From the sequence record DRR723986_2455: a stretch of DNA of 20,000 nt; one strand, given 5' to 3'. Position numbers and translations under genes: made by a program. Every line of letters begins with the position of its first letter. Within the stretch, counting starts at the first letter, position 1. Below are positions 15,943-20,000 of this stretch, piece by piece. The notes below the pieces were generated by a model, which made no database searches, was not told the origin of the DNA, and was given only the letters and a program-made list of their open reading frames with translations.

Positions 15943-18430
15943 TGATCTCTTTTTTTGTTATTGCATGAATGTCGTTTAGGCTGCCATTGTCATAGAGGCT
16001 TAGTAGGTCTCTGGGGGTAGAAATTCTCTTTTCAGGAGCTGTTTTTGCGTCAATTTCTTTGGCGGCCTCTCTGGTTAAGCCTAAATTAATTAGGTTTATC
16101 ATTCTTTCGTCAGATGCACCAACTTCTATGAAGGCGTGAATTTTGATATTTTGTAACTCTATGCCGCCACCAATTAATATATTGTTAAGTAGGGAATAGT
16201 AGCAACGCAATGCATTGGAGAGTCTAAATCTTATGTCATTGTTAATGACTTTGATAATTTTTCTAACTGATGTATTTACACTATCAGGCTTGCGCCCCTC
16301 TTCCTTTGCTCGTTTTTCATCATAGTCTATTTGCTCCGCTATGATTTCCTTAAGGCTATTCCCGTATACCCATTTTTGCGTAATAAGGCATATGTATTCC
16401 AGGCTGTATCCTTCGCTAGGTATATAAATTCCGAATTCGTATAGCTTGTCGCAGACTCTGAGCAGATTTTCGTACAATTCTTGGGATTTTGGATGAGGCA
16501 TTACCCATTTTTCGAACTGTTTTTGCCGGCCAAGAAAGTTAAATAGTTTGTTCTGCTGAATGTATCCAACAGTTGGGTTGGCTTCTAGTGTAAATGTTGC
16601 CACCTTGAGGTTGTCATGCGCTAATTTAATATTTTCGGAAAGGTGCGATTTTTCGTCTTGGCTCAGTGTTAGCTCCTCAGCTTTCATAGTATGTTCAAGA
16701 GTGTTGCTTGAAAACTCTCTTATTAACTTATTTGCGATAGTATAGTAGCGATATTGATCTTTGTCGTCGTGCAGGTATTCTCCACGCAAGGCTACTATGA
16801 TTTCGTATAGGTTTTCGTTTAGAGATTTGAAATAAGTTGGTATTTTATCTTCTGTGTCGGTTTTATCAAAATAGTCTTTGAAAGTCCAAGTGTCGGGCTC
16901 AATTAGAAATATGTTGCCTGAAAAGTGTTTTAACATTCTTCCTGCTCTACCTGTAATGTTTCTGAGGGTAACATCATCAAGTCTTTCGGAAGGGTTTCGT
17001 GATACTGGGGTGGCGGGGTTTAGCAAGAATAAATTTTTTGCAGGAAGGTTTACGCCCTCTGCTAGGGTGCTTGTGCAGGTTATATATTTAATCTGTCCAT
17101 CTTTAGCTAGATTTTCGACCATGATTCGGATGGATGAGGGGAGTGGGCCATAATGAAATGCTATTCCTTTCCTAAGGTTGTTTGCTAGGGAATAATTTTT
17201 GTGTATAAATTCTTCTACGTAGTTTGCTGCTTCTTCTAATGCAGGGTGATCGGAGAATTCATTTATTCTTTCTGCTAATTTGTTTGCGGTGTTTTCACAG
17301 TAATCTGGCCTGTTTCGGAATATTATGTTGCTGTGCCTTGAGCCGAATTTTATTGCAATGTCTTCGAGGCTTTTTCCTTTAAACCCTTTTTTTATTCTAA
17401 GTTCATTGCTGGAGTTTTTTCGAGAGATTAGTAGCTGTTGCCCTTTCGGTTCTACAGATATGACTATTTTTGCAACTGGCGAATTGCTTGTGATTTCTTT
17501 TTTGAAAGAAACATCTTTAAAAATGCTAGAGAAAGAGTTTTGATAGTTGGGGGACGGCATGCTTATGATTATCTGAGGGAAGCTGTCCTCTAGCATTTTT
17601 TCTATCGTAAGGTGAAGGAGTACGCCTCTGCTTTTGTCGGATATGTTGTGAGCTTCATCTATGAATAGATAGTCAAATTTTATGTCGCCGCGTTGCAATA
17701 TCTCGTGAAGTCTTTCTTGGGTCATTACGAAAAAGGTCTTTCCTCCAAACTCACCCTCTTTGACAATGGTGCATATTTCTAATTCTTTTTCCTGTTCTTT
17801 TTTCTTTGCCAATTCATAGATGTTTCCAGCAACTTCAGAAATAAGAGCTCTGGTCGGCACTATGATTGCTGCAAAGGCGCCATCGCTGGCTATGACTTTG
17901 TCAAGAAGGTAGTTCAATATAATATAGGTTTTTCCTGCTGATGTTGGTGCGGAGGTAATAACGTCTTGGTCAGATTGGAGGTCGCTCCAAAGTGCGAGTT
18001 GGTAATCTGTTAATGGGAAGTCAAGTTCTTCCACATGGTTGATGTGCTCCCGGAAGTCCATTTGGGCTTCGGTATAGAAGTTGTAAAAAAAATTCGTCTC
18101 GGGAAATTTTTCTTCTAAAAGGGAGATGTTTGGGAAATTTCCTAAATACGAAAAGATATTTTTCGCTATTGGAATAATCTCTGAGTGTTCGCCAGGGTAT
18201 AGATCTAGAATCATGGAAAGAATAATTGAGCCTTCTTCTTGTAGATTTTCGTCGTCTGATTTCAATAAAATTTGGGACGATAAAAGAAGCTTTCTAATCT
18301 CTTGCTTTTCTAGATTATGACTTTCTGCTGTTAATTCGCGAATATATGAGGAGAATAATTTTTTGCTTGTTTCTTTGTACGATTCGCTTTTTAAAATATG
18401 CTTTGCTAGTTTTGTAGTGAATCCACTCAC
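15917..18430 (-). CDS. hamB: Hachiman HamB, SF2 (Ski2-like) DEAH helicase
   Basis: Motifs APTSAGKT, IVPTRALISE, TQER, IDEAH, GIAFHYGPLP, CTSTLAEGVNLPA and NITGRAGR. Its GTG start overlaps the hamA stop (GTGA). Confidence 0.9.
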   Translation of the reverse strand: MSGFTTKLAKHILKSESYKETSKKLFSSYIRELTAESHNLEKQEIRKLLLSSQILLKSDDENLQEEGSIILSMILDLYPGEHSEIIPIAKNIFSYLGNFPNISLLEEKFPETNFFYNFYTEAQMDFREHINHVEELDFPLTDYQLALWSDLQSDQDVITSAPTSAGKTYIILNYLLDKVIASDGAFAAIIVPTRALISEVAGNIYELAKKKEQEKELEICTIVKEGEFGGKTFFVMTQERLHEILQRGDIKFDYLFIDEAHNISDKSRGVLLHLTIEKMLEDSFPQIIISMPSPNYQNSFSSIFKDVSFKKEITSNSPVAKIVISVEPKGQQLLISRKNSSNELRIKKGFKGKSLEDIAIKFGSRHSNIIFRNRPDYCENTANKLAERINEFSDHPALEEAANYVEEFIHKNYSLANNLRKGIAFHYGPLPSSIRIMVENLAKDGQIKYITCTSTLAEGVNLPAKNLFLLNPATPVSRNPSERLDDVTLRNITGRAGRMLKHFSGNIFLIEPDTWTFKDYFDKTDTEDKIPTYFKSLNENLYEIIVALRGEYLHDDKDQYRYYTIANKLIREFSSNTLEHTMKAEELTLSQDEKSHLSENIKLAHDNLKVATFTLEANPTVGYIQQNKLFNFLGRQKQFEKWVMPHPKSQELYENLLRVCDKLYEFGIYIPSEGYSLEYICLITQKWVYGNSLKEIIAEQIDYDEKRAKEEGRKPDSVNTSVRKIIKVINNDIRFRLSNALRCYYSLLNNILIGGGIELQNIKIHAFIEVGASDERMINLINLGLTREAAKEIDAKTAPEKRISTPRDLLSLYDNGSLNDIHAITKKEIIKLFSEKN

Positions 18431-19329
18431 GCCTTTATCCCCATGGATTTAATAAATTGGTCAACTAAGTCATCAATGCATGAGAATGGAAGCAATAAAA
18501 GTGCAGTTTCATCGATATTGCTGTGTGTCTTTTCGAGTTCGTTGTAGAAGGTCTCGATATGTCCTTGGGCGAGTTTAGTGTATTCGTCGATGAAGTCGGC
18601 CTCTGAAGAGGATTTTGATATTATTTCCGGGCTGGCGAATCCTATGAAGCATGGGGAGTGAATAGTGTCGGCTACTTCGTAGTCTGAAAATGGGTTTAAA
18701 ATTTCAAGGAGTTGCGTCTCAATGTCTTCGTTAATGCCTGGAAAATCCATATGAGAGTCTAATAGGTCGAATTCTTCTTCATATTTTATCTTCGCGCTTG
18801 AAATGGATGCGGCGGCTTTCTTTGCGGCTGGGTTGAACTTTTTGTGCAGTTTCGATTCCCCTAGATACAGTCTGAATTTGTTATTATAGAACTGGCCATG
18901 AACGGCATCAGCTCCGAAGACAGGCATTTTGCGGTTAGTTTTTAATGATATTTTGCTTAGGATTTTTGGGGCGTTGAAGTATATTTCAAGAAGGGTGAAT
19001 AGAATTAGTTCGCCAAGCTCACCTTTTGCAGTGTGTTTGCTAAGCTTTCTTAGTACTTTGTTGAAAATCTCTTCAGGAATGTTGGCGTCATTGTTTAAGC
19101 CTAATTTTTTTTCTATTTCAGAGCATGATAGTACAAAGTTGGCGAGTATGCCGTTTTTGAGGGCCTGGAAGAGTTCTACGTAACAACTTTTTCCATCTGC
19201 TATTGGAAGGTAAACTAGTAGTGTATCGACGTTTCTCCCATCTTCTAGCTCAAAGGATGTTTTTACTTCCTTGAGAATATTGCGAATTTCTTCCGAATTT
19301 TCCAGCTGGGTTTTTAGCTTAAAGTCCAT
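18427..19329 (-). CDS. hamA: Hachiman HamA nuclease (DUF1837)
   Basis: GELGELILF, APKILSKISLKT, GADAVH and LYLGESKLH form the DUF1837 PD-(D/E)xK pattern. It is translationally coupled to the helicase gene. Confidence 0.9.
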   Translation of the reverse strand: MDFKLKTQLENSEEIRNILKEVKTSFELEDGRNVDTLLVYLPIADGKSCYVELFQALKNGILANFVLSCSEIEKKLGLNNDANIPEEIFNKVLRKLSKHTAKGELGELILFTLLEIYFNAPKILSKISLKTNRKMPVFGADAVHGQFYNNKFRLYLGESKLHKKFNPAAKKAAASISSAKIKYEEEFDLLDSHMDFPGINEDIETQLLEILNPFSDYEVADTIHSPCFIGFASPEIISKSSSEADFIDEYTKLAQGHIETFYNELEKTHSNIDETALLLLPFSCIDDLVDQFIKSMGIKA

Positions 19330-19865
19330 TTATAGTTTCCTGGCAGGGAGTTGTTTTCGATACGCCCTTGCGAATTCATCGCCGCCCTTAGCTGAGCATC
19401 TGAATAATTTAGATCGTTACATGCAAGTTGCGCAACATCTTTCGATAAGATGGGCTATTGTCCGTTTGCGCAGTAAATCAAGTTAAATAGCTATCTCCTG
19501 TGCTCGCCCGTCCGGAAGGCTGTGTTATTTGTATAGATTTTTCAGAAGCGCAATAGATGATTTGGGCTTGGTGGGTAGTAGCTGGGTAGAATTTTAGTAA
19601 GTTTAGCTGGTTAGCGGATGGTTTCAGCAGCAAGATCCAGGTGATTTCGCGGGGAGCGGATGGACTTCGGAAGTTTTAGAGCTGCTGGTAAAAAAAGTTC
19701 GGGCTCACTTAGGGGGTATTCGCTGGGGTTGATGGGGGGCGTCCCTTTTATGCTTGTGTTGCGCAGCTCAGATTTCTTAGTGCGTTGATATATAAGGACT
19801 TTATAAGATATTTTGGGGTTTGGTGTTACGAAAGATCGTCTCGTAATTGGGGGGGAGCTGAATGT

Positions 19866-19945
19866 TGCTGTGTTAAGCAAAACCTGTCGCATGCAGGTTT
19901 TAAGCATAACGTGTCGTTTTGCGACAACTTATGAGTTGGCCGACA
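19866..19945 (-). repeat. tRNA-proximal transposon end with putative TnsB-binding sites
   Basis: Terminal ...GCGACAACTTATGAGTTGGCCGACA. Inner direct repeats TTAAGCAAAACCTGTCG (19873-19889) and TTAAGCATAACGTGTCG (19900-19916) match at 15/17. Confidence 0.75.
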
Positions 19946-19970
19946 TGTCAACGAAGGCCTTTTCAAAATA

Positions 19971-20000
19971 TGGTGCCCAGGAGAGGACTTGAACCTCCAC
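19971..20000 (-). tRNA. 3' end of tRNA-Leu (probably CAG; the anticodon is outside the window)
   Basis: The reverse complement GTGGAGGTTCAAGTCCTCTCCTGGGCACCA contains a T-arm (GGAGG-TTCAAGT-CCTCT), acceptor strand CCTGGGC, discriminator A and CCA. It resembles gammaproteobacterial tRNA-Leu(CAG). Confidence 0.85.

Larger units (their letters stand above)
2947..19945 (+). mobile_element. Tn7-like transposon (TnsAB fusion, TnsC, TniQ/TnsD) inserted downstream of tRNA-Leu
   Basis: The left end TGTAGGTAACTTCATTAATTGTCGC matches the reverse complement of the right end TGTCGGCCAACTCATAAGTTGTCGC at 18/25 positions. TGTC flanks both ends, the insertion splits a terminator, tns genes lie inside, and much of the element is visibly more AT-rich than the left flank. 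Confidence 0.9.

Noticed and set aside
9810-19486. Many short ORFs antisense or out of frame to the tns and ham genes
   Set aside because: They lie within or largely overlap long motif-bearing genes and have no independent support.
19611-19907. 98-aa minus-strand ORF
   Set aside because: It starts inside the transposon end repeats, has no clear RBS and no recognisable motif. Probably spurious.

Overview
The window holds what looks like a complete ~17.0 kb Tn7-like transposon (2947-19945) in a GC-rich host that is probably a gammaproteobacterium. The element sits 25 bp downstream of the CCA end of a tRNA-Leu gene (minus strand, cut by the window edge), inside the loop of that tRNA's terminator hairpin. 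Its ends are TGT...ACA inverted repeats (18/25 identical) flanked by an apparent 4-bp duplication, TGTC. The central transposition module is a Ner/BcepMu-gp16-like regulator, a TnsA-TnsB fusion, TnsC and a TniQ/TnsD-like target selector. I saw no cas genes or CRISPR array. Right-hand cargo is a Hachiman (hamA-hamB) anti-phage system plus an unknown convergent gene. Left-hand cargo is three antitoxin-like genes with no toxin partners, a secreted DUF5675-like protein paired with a Cys-rich repeat protein, a small membrane protein, and a hypothetical gene behind a ~230-nt hairpin-rich leader (candidate structured RNA). Host DNA on the left has a 5'-truncated PAS/LuxR regulator and a lipoprotein gene interrupted by an in-frame TAA. 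All family assignments come from motif recognition by eye, not database searches.
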